Positions 1-12,688 of a DNA stretch of 64,000 nt are shown one piece after another. The notes under the pieces were generated by a model that was not told where the DNA came from, ran no database searches, and saw only the letters and a program-made list of their open reading frames with translations. Position numbers and translations under genes: made by a program. The first letter of the stretch is position 1. Each line of letters opens with the position of its first letter. This stretch comes from Ramazzottius varieornatus (lineage: Eukaryota > Animalia > Tardigrada), in contig BDGG01000001.1 in assembly GCA_001949185.1 (NCBI GenBank), forward strand, positions 5,927,591-5,991,590, read 5' to 3'.

Positions 1-59
1 ATCGACGACCGGAAGTAACATGTTTAGGCATTGTCTCTCCCACGTGACTTGTTTTATAG

Positions 60-1674
60 ATTCAAGAATGGGATAGCCTGTACCAGTCCAAGACCATCAC
101 CATCCCGAAGATGCGCATAGTCGACAAGTCACTTACCTTTATCGGAAGGATATCCAGAGAACTCTTGCGAGCTACTGATCCAACGTAAGTCCACTGCTTT
201 GGCCAAAGTCGTTTCTCTCACTTCTCTGTGTTCTGGCTATACGTTTTGCTTCGCAGAACCACTATTTACGTTGATCAGTTGATCGCTTGGTACGATACGA
301 AGACTCGCCAAGAACTGGTCAACATCACCGTCTTCCGGAAGTTGCAGAACGCGCTGGGCATCGCCGGTCTAGCTGGTCTTGACCGCTTGTTCGCCTTCAT
401 GATTACCCGTGAACTGCACTCCTTCCAAAAGATCATGGAGGACCTTCTCAAAGAGCGGACCTGGATCGCGCATTACCAGACTCTTGTAAAGACTATCAAT
501 ACCGGAAGACAACCAATAGGTAAGGTTATAATATTGAAGTATGCGATAGGAGTGCATGATACGGGTGACGACCATGGTACTTTCTTTGACAGTTCAGCCA
601 CTGAAGTTTTATGCTCAAGCCACAGCAAAGGGCCAGCGACTATGGCCTTTTACGATGGAAATCCTGCAGAAGATAGGACAACTACAGCTTTTAAGGAGAC
701 AGCTGGCGTATGAGCTTCGGACTGTTAGTCGTTTCGATGCCAAAAATTTAGTGTCGGCTTTGGAAAATTTTAATGAGTAAGTTGAGACCTCGTAGATCGA
801 CAGTTCGTGGCTGGGCTGGAATTATTTCTTCGGATTTGCTAAATAATTCTTCGGCTTTTACAGAAGTATACTACTGGAGTGCAGAGCACATCTTGCGGAC
901 CCAGTAGAAGGAAAGTCCCAAGGAAAGGATAAGAAGGACAGTTTCCTCTTGTTCGAACTGGCTGAATATCTGCAGTGGACCGGCATGACGGAGCCACTGT
1001 CTCAAGTAACCTTCAGCACCTCCTTGTCCAGCTTTACTTTAGCATTAGTCACGTGATCGTCCAGTACGACAACATCCATCATTGCAGATTTACATTGGGA
1101 CTAGGCGGGAAACGTACCGCGGGCTGGCCCTGTTTCTATGCTTCCTGGCCATTTCCGGCATGTTAACCCCTGCCAAGAGCCTCGGTACTGCAGCTGGTTT
1201 TTTCTTCCGCATTTCTTAATGAAAAAGTTGCTCATTCGACAAGACGTTTGCGTATTAAGATTCTTTTACTGCTTGTTCGTTAAAATGTTATACTGTACAC
1301 CTTTGCAGGTAACACTCTGATACCTCGTCGAAGGACGGATCCCATCGATGGAACCGCCTTCCTGTTAGGCTTCCTGACTGTCCTAAAGCAGTACCACGAA
1401 GACGATACCCATCAGCTGGTCCAGTTAATTGGGCAGTATCTCCGTTCCGTGACTGAACACCACAAGAGCGGGGCTGGCGAAGTGGGGCCCGATGCCTCCA
1501 CCATCGTCGTGGCTGTACAGTGGATGCTGCTGTTTGACGCGGTCAGCCCCCAGGTAAGTTCCCCATTGCACTACGCAAAGTTGATATGAGCTTCTTGTAT
1601 GCCTTGTTTCAATGTTACAGATGGTGGGAGCTTCGATACCGCCATTCGTTATCCGAATGCTACAGACCGTGTGA
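60..1674 (+). CDS. WASHC5: Strumpellin / WASH complex subunit 5, 3' part (multi-exon; 5' end lies outside the window)
   Basis: Predicted exons are about 60-184, 257-519, 593-776, 864-1005, 1088-1184, 1309-1553 and 1621-1674 with GT-AG boundaries. The peptides [61 protein letters not shown] and [20 protein letters not shown] match the strumpellin C-terminal half. Stop TGA is at 1672-1674. Confidence 0.93.
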
Positions 1675-2581
1675 ACCCGTCGTCCACCCGGGGGTAATTT
1701 TGCACGCTGTTGCCTATTTCGCTCTATTGTCTTCAACTGTCAGTTCTGACACGCTTTTGTAGGTCACGACATGTGATATCCGCCATCTGTGATTTCTTCT
1801 ATTCCCAATGGATTTTATATTTTGTCAAAATCTCACGTCTTGTAAGACTGAATGATACTTACAGGGTAGTATTAGAAGTACAGTGTCTCCGTTGAGACTG
1901 AACTGTGGCTGGTCGAAACTGCACGGCAACCGCGAAACATTGCCTGCTTGACAATCAAACCCCAGTTCGACAAAGTGAGACATGAACAGCTGGCTCGAGG
2001 ATTGAATCGACCTTCTCTCTGTGATTCTCTCTTCGTAGTTCTCTGTGCGATTCTACACGTTGCAGGATATGCTGTCCTTCTCGACTTCCTACGCGCTCGC
2101 TCATGGTATGTTTTCCCAAGTGGCAGAGCAGTAGAACTCGAGACGGCAGACAAGTGTGTGAAGTACGAGTACTGAGTTTGACAGAATGTAACGGCCTAGG
2201 TTTCTCAACAACTTTCTATCGGCCCAGCAAACACATTCATTCAAATCAGAGGATGCAACCCGCTGTGTTCTGTGGTCAGTCGCGCGTTGTGCTATTATAA
2301 TAAATGTAAGAAACAGTCGGCTGTAAAATCACGGACAAGAAGTCTAACCAATCCTGGCAAACGAATTGTTACGGAACTGTGAGTCTGCTGTTGGAAAGAA
2401 GTTGGTGTACCGCATATGGCACTACATGCAGCAGGGGGAAAGACTTCCATTCTGCTTTTGAATAACGGTTGACAAATTGCTGGGCTTGCCCGATGATAAT
2501 TTCATGAGTTTGTGAGGGCGAACCCACCGGCAAACCGGCGCAACTTGGCTTTTCCCTAATCCGTCTAGAGCATGCGCCTGT

Positions 2582-2764
2582 ATGCTGCTCTCCGATGGGC
2601 GAGCTGCAGAGGAATTCAGGGACAGACCGAATCAACCAAGATGTCGGAAATGCCAATGCGTTACCTGCAGAGAACCGATGGTTTCGATCCTGAATACAGA
2701 GGTCTCGAAGAATTTGTGCAAGAACGAACTCATCATCGAATATGTCGGGGAGATACAGGACTAA
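2582..2764 (+). pseudogene. Possible degenerate SET-domain fragment
   Basis: A Cys cluster CRKCQCVTC is followed by KNELIIEYVGEI, resembling the SET motif FIxEYxGE, then a stop. No other SET motifs are recognisable. Confidence 0.3.
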
Positions 2765-5428
2765 AAGCTAGGCTATTCGCAAGAGCGTCAGATCATCTTC
2801 CGGTCATGATGTACTGGTGGTGCATGCCTGCGGAATAAAATCAAGACGAAAGTGGGAGCCTTTAGCGCACGCACCCGTATAGCGCTGTATCTTCAGGCAT
2901 TTAGGAATAATTCTGAAGGTCCACTTTTTTCACGCTGAGCAAATTTGACGCGAGAAATCCACCTTACACGTCTGCGCCGTCTTCACTGCAGACAGCAAGC
3001 CGATACGCCCCACCATGGCCTCGGCGACTGACAAAGCTATTGGGATTACCCCCATGCTTGCTGAAGTTGCAAATACACAACGGCGGCCAGTTATCGGATA
3101 CAAGGTTATTCAACCAGCGACAACAGAAGTTGACGCTACAGGAAGTACCCGTCCAGGAGTGACTGCCCAAGAAGATGTCAATAAGGACAACGCTGAAGAT
3201 GCTTCACGTACTGTAGAGTTCAACCCTGATCCTGACCTTAGTGCTCTTGCTGACAGAATATCTTGTCTATAAGACAGCTCTGATGCGACCAGAAAGTCTG
3301 ATTCGAATGCGTTGCATTCTACAACATGAGACAAGCCGCTACATCCCGCAAGCGTATATTTTATATGCAGCTCGTAAGATCTGTGATCGGCACATGTCCA
3401 ATGCAAAGAAGTGGTCTGACAACGCACACGGATGGAATCCCATTCGGTCCCGACTGCACAACGGAGTGCTTCACATGGTTCAAATCCTGCCAGCGATGCG
3501 CTTAGCAAGAATTGCGACAGCACAACAGCTACGCTTCCTGAACTCACACAGCACTATCCGTGATCCAACCTACTACAGGAAAGTAAAACGGTATCGTTTG
3601 CCCGGCCACCCTCGGAACTCTAGGATAGACTCGCGAACGCCATTTTATGGCAAGAGACAGTTACATGAAGTGCATCCGTCTGTTATGCGGCGATTCCACT
3701 TCTCGTAACTGGCGCGTTTTTGCTCTTCACGAAAATTTTCCATTACCATAACTAGAAAAAACCATCACGGAGAAAGTCATCTCGGGAGAGGAGTAATCTC
3801 CGAACCCATCACGTATTTCTGATTACTGGCTGGAACGAGGAAGTAGAATATACCTCATAACTGTCGTAATTTCTTGTCGAAAGTTTTACATGTATATTCC
3901 TCTCATTCGAGTATATATACTTAATTATCATAGATTCACAACGAATACAATAATGAAGAGGCCGGATAACCGGATAACAGGCGCCGTTGTTGGTGTTGTG
4001 TTGCAATGTGAGAGCACATGGTAGTCGTACAACAATGCCATGTACAGTACACTCATACAAGCAGTACGCACACTTCCGGCGCTGCGTGTCAGAAAATTAT
4101 TTCGTTCAGTTTGCAGAACGGATATAAAATAATACAGGACCGCCGTAGTAGTCTACGGGAATATAACACGGATTACCTCAATTAATAAATTTCGGAGTTT
4201 TTTTGTTCCTTCCTGGTTGCTCCCGCACTGTATTTCCGGGTCTTCCGTTCAAACCACCATATACTTCATTCAACCGAATGTTGGGTCGCGTTATCGCTCA
4301 TGTCGGACGCGGTGCATTTCGCACTTTTCTTAATTTACGTAAAGTCATATAGAAGTCATTACGAGAAGCTATCACGGACTTCCGTCAAGAGCTCCGAAAT
4401 GAGTGATTCCACTTCTCCTGTCATAACCGACTCGAAATGATCGAAAGTAGAATCACTCATTACGGAGCTCCTGACGAAGGTCCGTAATGGTTCTCCGTGA
4501 TGAAGTGGAATCGCTGCATTATGGGCATCCCTGTACTTAACATACATATCCCGTACATCAGACGTATTGCTATCTACTGTTTAATGGCAGATAAGCGCAC
4601 GAAAAAGCAACTGTATCGGTTCCATTGTCCGGACGACCTAAATAAGAAGAGGAAAGAGTTATATAACTCTTAATTGTTTTACACTGGGCGACCAATCCAT
4701 CTTGAACCTTACTCCTCAGAGACACCACCCCATTTGTCATCACTCGGCCCATCAGCGAGCAATTGTTCCTCACCGAAACCATACAACATACATCATACAT
4801 CATACTGTATCAGCCGAAATTCCATACACAAGTGTTAGTCGAGATAGCAGTAAGCTACCATTGTCATGACGAAAAATCATGTAGGAAAGCTATCTCGAAA
4901 TAACAGCCCAAGTTTGGAATGAGAAGTGTGGGCACCGCTAACACCTCACATTTGCCTGCAGCCCTAGCGATCGGTAATTTGACCAAGCATCTACATAACG
5001 CTTTATGGGCAAGTTTCAGGACATTGCCAATGGCCTAATATGCAGACGGTTGACGATAAATGCAAATTGAATGTTAATAAGTAAAGGTTGAGCAAACTTA
5101 CTGGTAAACCCAAAGCGTGAAAATGCATTTGAGTGGAAAAAACCATATAATAACCATGGCTATTTGCTCAATCATGCCCCACGTGTCGTACTTGTGTTAT
5201 GGGGGAGTTTTGCTGTGACTTCTGCAGTTGGAGGAATTTCTGGAAGAGAAATAGAGCACACGTTAATTATATGCTGTACAGAGTCAGCGTAAGTTTTCCC
5301 GATGAACACTTAAATGTCAGTATGTATACAGAGCAAACAACTCGGCTCTCATTGTTGTCCAAAGTGGCGCATCTTTGCACCCAAAATCGCCAAGAACGTG
5401 CGCCACTTAGTAGACCGACCTGGTTAAG

Positions 5429-6021
5429 CTAGTTTGCCGACCTCCCATATGATGCAGTGAACGTACGGAAAGCAAGGTTCTTGTAAAATCGGTCCTGTTT
5501 ATTACCCATACGAAGTCCGAGCTTGAACGCGTTCTTGTGGTCGGGGAGCTCTAGTCCGAGGGCTTTTCCCACCGTCTTCTCGAACAATTTCCGGTTGTCA
5601 GTGGTTAGAGATTCTTTGAGCTGCTCCGCGTAATACGTCACAAGGCTTTTAGCCAGCAACCGACTGCCTGGCACAACTTCCAATGCGTTCGTTCCCAGTC
5701 TCTCTTCTCGCGTACGCGATTCTTGACTGGCTTCTTCTCACAGTCCATCACAGCGTCGAATTCCTCGGGCAAATGCCGATCCGTTCCGAAGGCTGAGAGT
5801 TGAATCCAGCTATATTGAGAATCCGGATAACTATCCCATTTGACGAAGTATTCCCAAGGAGAGACCAAAACACTGGTCAGCTGTCGACGGTCGAAGATCT
5901 TCTCAACATAATACTCCTTGCGCTTGCGGTTGGCCTTGGTCACATTCGCTGGCAACGGAAGCTTCTTTCCCTTCAGTTTTTCCTTTCTTCCGTGCATCTG
6001 AAGATCTCTCCATTGTCCCAT
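5429..6021 (-). pseudogene. Chromodomain-containing ORF with one frameshift near 5690, likely the accessory ORF of the adjacent CMC transposon
   Basis: EYYVEKIFDRR...EYFVKWDSYPDSQYSWI is a chromodomain with the aromatic cage residues present. A basic N-terminus precedes it, and reading continues in ORF 5429-5683 after a frameshift in an AG-rich run. Confidence 0.75.
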
Positions 6022-6373
6022 GTTGAGGCAGAAAGAAAAATTAACGACGGAAAACTGCAGCAGAAGAAGGTGATCGTAGTTGAAACCAGCTGAATGACCA
6101 CTGTCCGACTATTGCACATTGGTAAGTTGTATAGACAAGCTCGAGTGTTAGACCCGAGCACTTGGCTTGTCTGTCCCATTACTGTATAGTGTTTGGCTAT
6201 GCTCTCTGTACGGGCAAAGCACCCACTATGGTGCCATTGCTCACCCACAGTGAGGCAATTGCTGACCCATTCTGGTGCAATCCGGTATGGGTCAGAAATT
6301 CATTTCGCAGTTCCGAGTAACTCGAACAGCTTCCGATATTTTCCATTGAAGAGATGTTATTGGTATTATTCAT

Positions 6374-8430
6374 TCATGTAGTCATGTAGATATTTGAGGG
6401 CGGACTCACAATAATTCCTGAATCATCGTCGGACCAAGCCAGAAAAGCAACATGTTTTCGAAGATCGGAGGTAGGCAACAGAATATTTTCAGAAGGTCTA
6501 GTATAAAAGATATGAGGATATTCTGCCCTGAATAACCCAGCAATTCTGTCTTCCATCTCATCCTCGTCCGGCTTCCTGAACAGTTTCGCATACACAAATG
6601 TGTGCAGAATATTTTTCTTCTCACAATCCATAACTGCTATGATCATGTCTATGTACATTACACGCTCGTTCACATCAGTAACAATGAACTCACTCTTCTG
6701 TTGCGACTGACTATGCTTTTTCGTTCTTACAACAATTCCCACTTCAGCCGCAGCTTTTCTGAAGCAGTAAACTCGGTCTCGCGACCAACATTCTTTCCTC
6801 CTCCTTCCTTCTCGTCTCACTTCCGCGTACGCTTCCCCGTCTTCGATCACATTAGATTGACCAATCAACCGGCAAGTTCCGGCTACTCCTTTGATGACGT
6901 GAGGTGATGCGGGCACTCGCATTAGTCTCTTTGCTGTTGTCATAACTTTGCTGTTTGCGAAAGTCAGCATGTCTTCCATGCGTGCCGTACACTCCTGCAA
7001 CTTTAGGAAACTGTCCATGATGTTCTTTGTGTGGTTGCAAATCTTGCGTGTTACTCGCCCTATCTGATTTTCCGGACGATAGCAAGACGAAAGATGCAGC
7101 GGTCCGAAGAGTTCAATCGCGAGGGGCAAGTGGAGCATCAAATGAATAAAGTATTTCATTTGTTCGATCCCGAAATAGTCTTGGAAGGTTTTCACATATC
7201 TTGTGCATCTGCTCTCAATCTCCTTCAGAGATTCATGGTCGATCTCGTCGTGGGTGGCAAGCCACCCGATACGGCTCAGGAGACAGACGAGGAAGTAAAA
7301 TCCCTCTGAACAGTTTCCCTTCAAGACGAAAGGTGCAGCGTGCTGTATAAAGAATTTGAGCTCATGTGCCTTCCATGACTTGTAATCGTCCAGTGACCGC
7401 ACACTTCTGTTCTGATGGCCCGGTAGAGCGACGGACATCCACAACCGCTCAATTGCGTTCAGCTGTGCTTTGGTTATTCCACTGTTACCGTCGACAGTTA
7501 TGATTTGAGTGATTATCCATCGCACGACACCTTCATCAAGCTGATGCATGATGTCCAGAAGGAAGGCCAGTACCCTATCGAACTTATCCCAGAATCTGAG
7601 CATCGAAGGTTTCCGAAAGCCTTTGGCCATTCTTTCAGCCAGGAGAAACCTTTTCTCTTTCATGGGCATGTTTTCCCACTCTTCGGAGAAGTCGAAGAAG
7701 TGCTGGTGGGTCTTTATTTCAACGTTTCTCGTGTACTGGTAACACATGCTATGATTCATACACTCTGCAACCTACGTCGAACAATTAATTTTATTAGGTG
7801 GGTTAATCACGATTTCTCGACTAACTGTGGTTTCTGTTGGTCCCGTATGAAATGTCCTTACCTGTAAACAGTAGATGCAACCTTCACCTGCGCTATGGGA
7901 AAGATGACCGTTCAAGGCTGTTCGTTCAGGAGAGTCAGCCCAGATCGAGTGGACGCTTAAACCGGAACTCATCTGCACGTTCTCTTTGCTGGTCCACAGG
8001 ACTGGACGGAAACCGTCGTTTCCATGCTGCAGTGTCCGTAGCTGCTCCGTTAGGAAAAGCAGGAAGGCCTCTCTGTCCTTTGGTGGAGTCTCCCTACCCA
8101 AACAAGTAGCATAGGCCACACGTTTGCTCTGAGTCGGATCGGGACATTTAGTACATGTACAATCGGATGCGTCTATTTGTACATGCGGTCTATTTATAGG
8201 TCTATTTATACATGCGTGGGCCAAGAAGCGAGATATCTACAAGAAGAGATTTCAATGTATGCCCAGCCGATATTTCATATTTCAATTTTCTCGCAAAATA
8301 AGCTCCTGTTTTTCAGACTACCACAAGCTGCTGAAAATGAACGGAGCTGCTGGGAAGACCCGAGAGCCAAAGGTAACTCGATGTTCCACTGTTCTTTTCA
8401 AACAGTAGATCGTTCAGAATTCGCCTTGTG
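6374..8430 (-). mobile_element. CMC (EnSpm/CACTA-type) transposase with a disrupted 5' part
   Basis: ORF 6374-7759 has RSLDDYKSWKAHELKFF and HLMLHLPLAIELFGPLHLSSCYRPEN, typical animal EnSpm motifs. ORF 7772-8224 has WADSPERTALNGHLSHSAGEGCIYC (D-x-P-x-R...GC-x-x-C). Further upstream, LNDLLFEKNSGTSSYLWL resembles the first catalytic-Asp region. No TIR pair was identified. Confidence 0.82.
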
Positions 8431-8499
8431 TGATTGCCGCTGAGTTTTATGCTGCTGCACTGTTCAGATAGCATCTGCGAATTGAGTGCGATACTGAAT

Positions 8500-9900
8500 A
8501 TATTTCGTGCTGTTATAGTTCCCATAATCAAATGGAAGTTCGAACGTGGGCCGAAAGCCGATCGCGAAAGATTTTGCCGGTTAGCAAAGTCCGAGATGTG
8601 GGTGAACAAGAAAGGCTTAAGGAAGCTCCAGGAAAAATCAAAGCACGCAACAGAGTACGCCCGGAAAGTCATGTTCCATCACCAACGACGAAGTCATCTC
8701 GCTTTCGGAAATAAAGCCTGACGGTGTCGGGTTTGTGAAGTTGTTTAGACAAAAGAACTGGACTGCCTTCTACGGTAAGTGCACGAGTTTCTCTGCGCTT
8801 TCGTGTAGCGGCGGTTGGACCCACTCTGGTGCTAACGCACACCCATTCTGGTGCACTCTCAATAAATCGGTACACTGGCGCTCCTCACTTAATTTATTCG
8901 GTCTTTTTCCTCGTAGATCACGTCTTGGCTTTTCCTACGCAGAAGAAAGAAAACGCCGGTAATAAGTGGAACGACGAACCTCCTAGTGAACAAGAACTCA
9001 AGAAGCGTTTCACGTCAAGTTTGACCAACAAGATCAGCTACGTACTCCAACCCTAACATATACGCGACAGCGCCACAAGAATAACTCCAAATTTGTTTCT
9101 TATCGTTGAATTTGCTCTTGTACCAAATGCCGGCTCTCTTCCGCAGCCATTTCGCGACAGCATTCCGAACTTTCGATAACAAGAACGATCTGTTTCACTG
9201 GAGTATGCATCGCCGCTCTAATCCCAAATAAATTCGCCATCACTGAACGGGGCGCCCATTCGCTGCATCGATGACGCGGAAGTGTGAATAATAAATTCCA
9301 CTGATTTGCGCTTTTGTTTTTCAAAAGTATTTTCTAGTTTCTACAGTACCGATTTTCTGAATTAGCCAATGCATCTGTAGATGCAAATTCACTTCAAATA
9401 AGGTAACCACAGATATTTTTTTAAACACCTTTATACGTACAACCGATCGCTAGGGCAGGACATTCCCTGGAAGACACATCGCCCACAGCCTTGTTGCTCA
9501 CGTATTCTACGCATGGAGTATTAATTTCACTATATAGGCCCTCCTTTCCAATAATGGCTCGAATATGGTGGCGGCTTTTAACAGTCACGTGGAGATGGCT
9601 TGGAGATAGACCAGGGCGTTGACATGAAGGATCTAACCAGGTTGCGTAATTTTGCAAGTACCTGGTAGCGTTCCCCACGGCCTGGAATGATTTGCACACT
9701 TTAGCGACCTCATACGACACTTTCATGGGTTCCTCGGCGATGAGGAACTCGTCCAAGTGTGGTAAGAGGTCCCGATGAAGAACAGAGCCGGATTGTTTTC
9801 CACCGAGCCGAAATGCTTGAGTCCATCATGCAAGGCACCTCGGGTGTGGCGAGTTGTGGCCTGCTCTCGCGTTAAGTGCGTTGCCTAACCTATCTTTTGT
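8500..9900 (+). mobile_element. Degenerate hAT transposase relic
   Basis: A decayed BED-finger-like stretch (WKFERG..RFCRL..KH..EY) lies near 8530-8660. Plus-strand reading near 9460-9580 gives FPGRHIAHSLVAHVFYAWSINFTI*ALLSNNGSNMVAAF, resembling the hAT 'HT..I..W.I...TDNGSNM..A' region. RVKCVA* near 9870 resembles CxAH. Confidence 0.55.
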
Positions 9901-10439
9901 CGCGTATACTCGATTTGATCGTCTTTCTAAACTAGCGAATCCGCTAGTTATTCTCTGATTTTTTTGACCTCGCTAGTAAGAATTCAAGCCCGCCATAATG
10001 GTTGTTAATATTTCAAAAGTTTCGGCTTCTGCCGGTGTCATCACTACAAAAAAGCACATCAAATTTACAACTTATTGACGTGGAAAGTTTGTTTTGTATG
10101 AGTTTTCTGAAAAGTTCAGGCAAAAACAGCAAATCAACAGGTATTAGCTATTCCTTTTGCTCTAAGCTACGATACTATGAGGGAACAACCGCGGAAAGCG
10201 GCTGGCAATACGGAAGTTTACATATTGCATTACTCCCAACGGTAGTTTTGACTAATAACAGGAGACAGAATAAGAAGGGAGGAGCTCGTACGTTCAGCTC
10301 GAATGAGCACAGGGGGATAAGAACGAAGCTCACAGAAGAAGGAGAAAATTACTCCACAGTTAACCGCAGATAAGCTTGCTTATTTTCCAGTAACGCCCTG
10401 GAAGAACCTGCTGCAAAATGAGCATGCACACCTCCGACG

Positions 10440-10830
10440 CCGAAACTTGCCTCTAACCAGATTCTAGAAGAAATATCCAAAACGAACTTGACACTTTAGG
10501 TAAACACAACAGTGATTTTGGACTCCCTAAGCCCGTGAGCACAACCACAGAGCTTTGCCGAATGGAAACACTGCACAATAAACAGACATGTCAAAAGGCG
10601 TACGATGAGGCACGTCCTACTCTGACCAAGAATAATGGAAATTCGTGGAAAAGGTGCACCGAAAACTTGACGCTCAAACAGGTGCACTATTGTTTCGCAA
10701 GGGTCCTGCAGGACGTCGAAAAACGTACGTCTGCAACCTCATGTTTTAGTTGTGTCTGAGCCCAAGGTCACGCTCCGCAGTAGCTGCCATGAACTACCCA
10801 GGTGAGCGAACAGCACATAATCTCCAAAAA
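10440..10830 (+). mobile_element. Helitron RepHel / PIF1 helicase relic
   Basis: IQNELDTLGKHNSDFGLPKP is followed, after a frameshift, by LLFRKGPAGRRKTYVCN (decayed Walker A) and AVAAMNYPGERTAH (PIF1 motif 'AA..LP.GRTAH'). Stops and frameshifts are present. Confidence 0.72.
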
Positions 10831-12688
10831 CCCAGTGCACGAAGACATTATCGATTTATCAGGTATTTAATGTGACGTAGTTACCAATAGTGAGCTAGCC
10901 GATTTGTTATGAAAGTGGAGATTGGTTATACGGATTGACGAAACGCTGAGGCAGCAGCCACAATGCTCCAAAAGAATGCGTCGTGCTGAATCACCGTCTG
11001 CGGGACTGAAGATCATCTAGCTTGGCGACTTCCGACAATTTCCATCCTTGATAAAAACCTCTCAGCTGTACGATACAATAAACGCAAGCATGGTGAGTTT
11101 GGAAACACTTCGAAAGATAAGACCTAGCCATACCGGGCAGACAGCCACAGGCCCTTCTTTACGCAAAAATGTTGGATGAAATCGGCAATGCGACACTTTC
11201 CAGAGAGTGGCGATGGCAAACCAACGCTTTACCTAATTAATATCAAACTTACGAACGTAAATCTGATCCAGGCTATCATATTCTCTGGCCGCTACCCAGA
11301 ACAAGAGATATCCGTCATCGGCCTTCAAGTCAAAGAATTGAGACAGTTAGAAATCACTCCGACCAAGGACATCTAACAGCGATTATGACGTAGGCGCCTT
11401 GAACGAATGTGGCAACGAACAGTGACTTCGCAGTGTTTGATTTGCACTCTTTTTCCTTTATGTTTCAGACCTATGTTGTTCATCTGACTTTTACTGTACC
11501 GCGTCAGCCAACATCCATTCCTGTTGCACCGAGAATCACACCCTCCAACGAACTGGGAACTCCAAACAGCCTACAGCTAACCGCCTATAAAAAATCGCTG
11601 CGGGATAAAACTTTCTCGCGGTATCCATGTAAGGCAAGCTGCGAGCGAACCGATAGCGAAGCGGACAGCTTGTGCAAGAGAAGGTTGTAGAGGAAAGACG
11701 CTCAACTGCACTTGGCCACGATGAGTAATCAAATGTGTTTTCTGCACTACTTCGGCCGCTTGCTCGGCCGTCGTAGTGGTCAAAACCACTAGCTAGTTTG
11801 GAACCTTCTTGTCACAATAAAACGAGCCCTGACGCCTTCACGTTCCAGGAGATCCACTGGACGAGTGGCTGACCATAGCCTGAACAGCAGCCAGAAATTT
11901 CACCTACGTTTTTCGAAATAATTAGAATGTTATCTCCAGGAACTCTTGAGTCTCTCTTCGCGCAGACGATTAGTACAACTTCGCCAACTTTACACGGTAC
12001 GGTGGCACTTACATCTTTGCGGTAGACGGCCTCTGGTCGACATGCGCTGGTCTTTGTGGCGAAATAACATGAATCGGATTACAGCATTGGCAGGCTCCTC
12101 CTCCTCAAAACGGATGACTCGGAATGGATCGGCCGGTACAGTTAAAACATCCCGCTCGTCAAACCACGGTACTTGACACTTTAGAAGATTCCATAAGCAA
12201 GCTGCCCAAAAAGAGACACAATGTTTGGGTTAGTTCGAAAGACCAGTCTGTTACTCAGTAAGCGAGGAAGAATTCGATCGTGATGCAAGGATCTTCCGCC
12301 CACACTGGATAGAGAATAAATTTTGTATTATTTTGGATCCTTTCTCTGATGGCTCTCTTGCCAAATTTTTCAACTTGTGTCTAAGGCTGAGCATCTGCTG
12401 GCGATCCAAACACGAGTAAAGCGGTTATTAAACAGTCACGTTCCGTTTGCTTTGCGGATGTAGCTACGGCTTGTTCCGCCCCTTCTGCGACGCATAATAA
12501 CATTTGGCTTTCCGGAGCAATGGGAAGCATGGCGGCTGCCCAACCATTCAAAGTTGTCACCAGCTACCCCGCTTATGTGTGACGTTGCAGCTCATTTTAG
12601 CTACAGTTGCAAAGCGGACGGGTAGTGGCTGCTTGATCTCTAACGTGTCGATGTACTGTGTTAACTCCCAAAATTTCCGTATGTCACA

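Noticed and set aside
2223-2235. CCCAGCAAACACA resembling an animal EnSpm TIR
   Set aside because: I found no reverse-complement partner to the right of the transposase.
3015-3708. Two overlapping plus-strand ORFs, possibly a decayed transposase N-terminus
   Set aside because: No diagnostic motif.
10042-10053. CACTACAAAAAA resembling a CACTA terminus
   Set aside because: It has the wrong orientation to bound the CMC transposase, and I found no matching inverted partner.
11577-12180. Minus-strand coding-like fragments
   Set aside because: Interrupted, and no family recognised.
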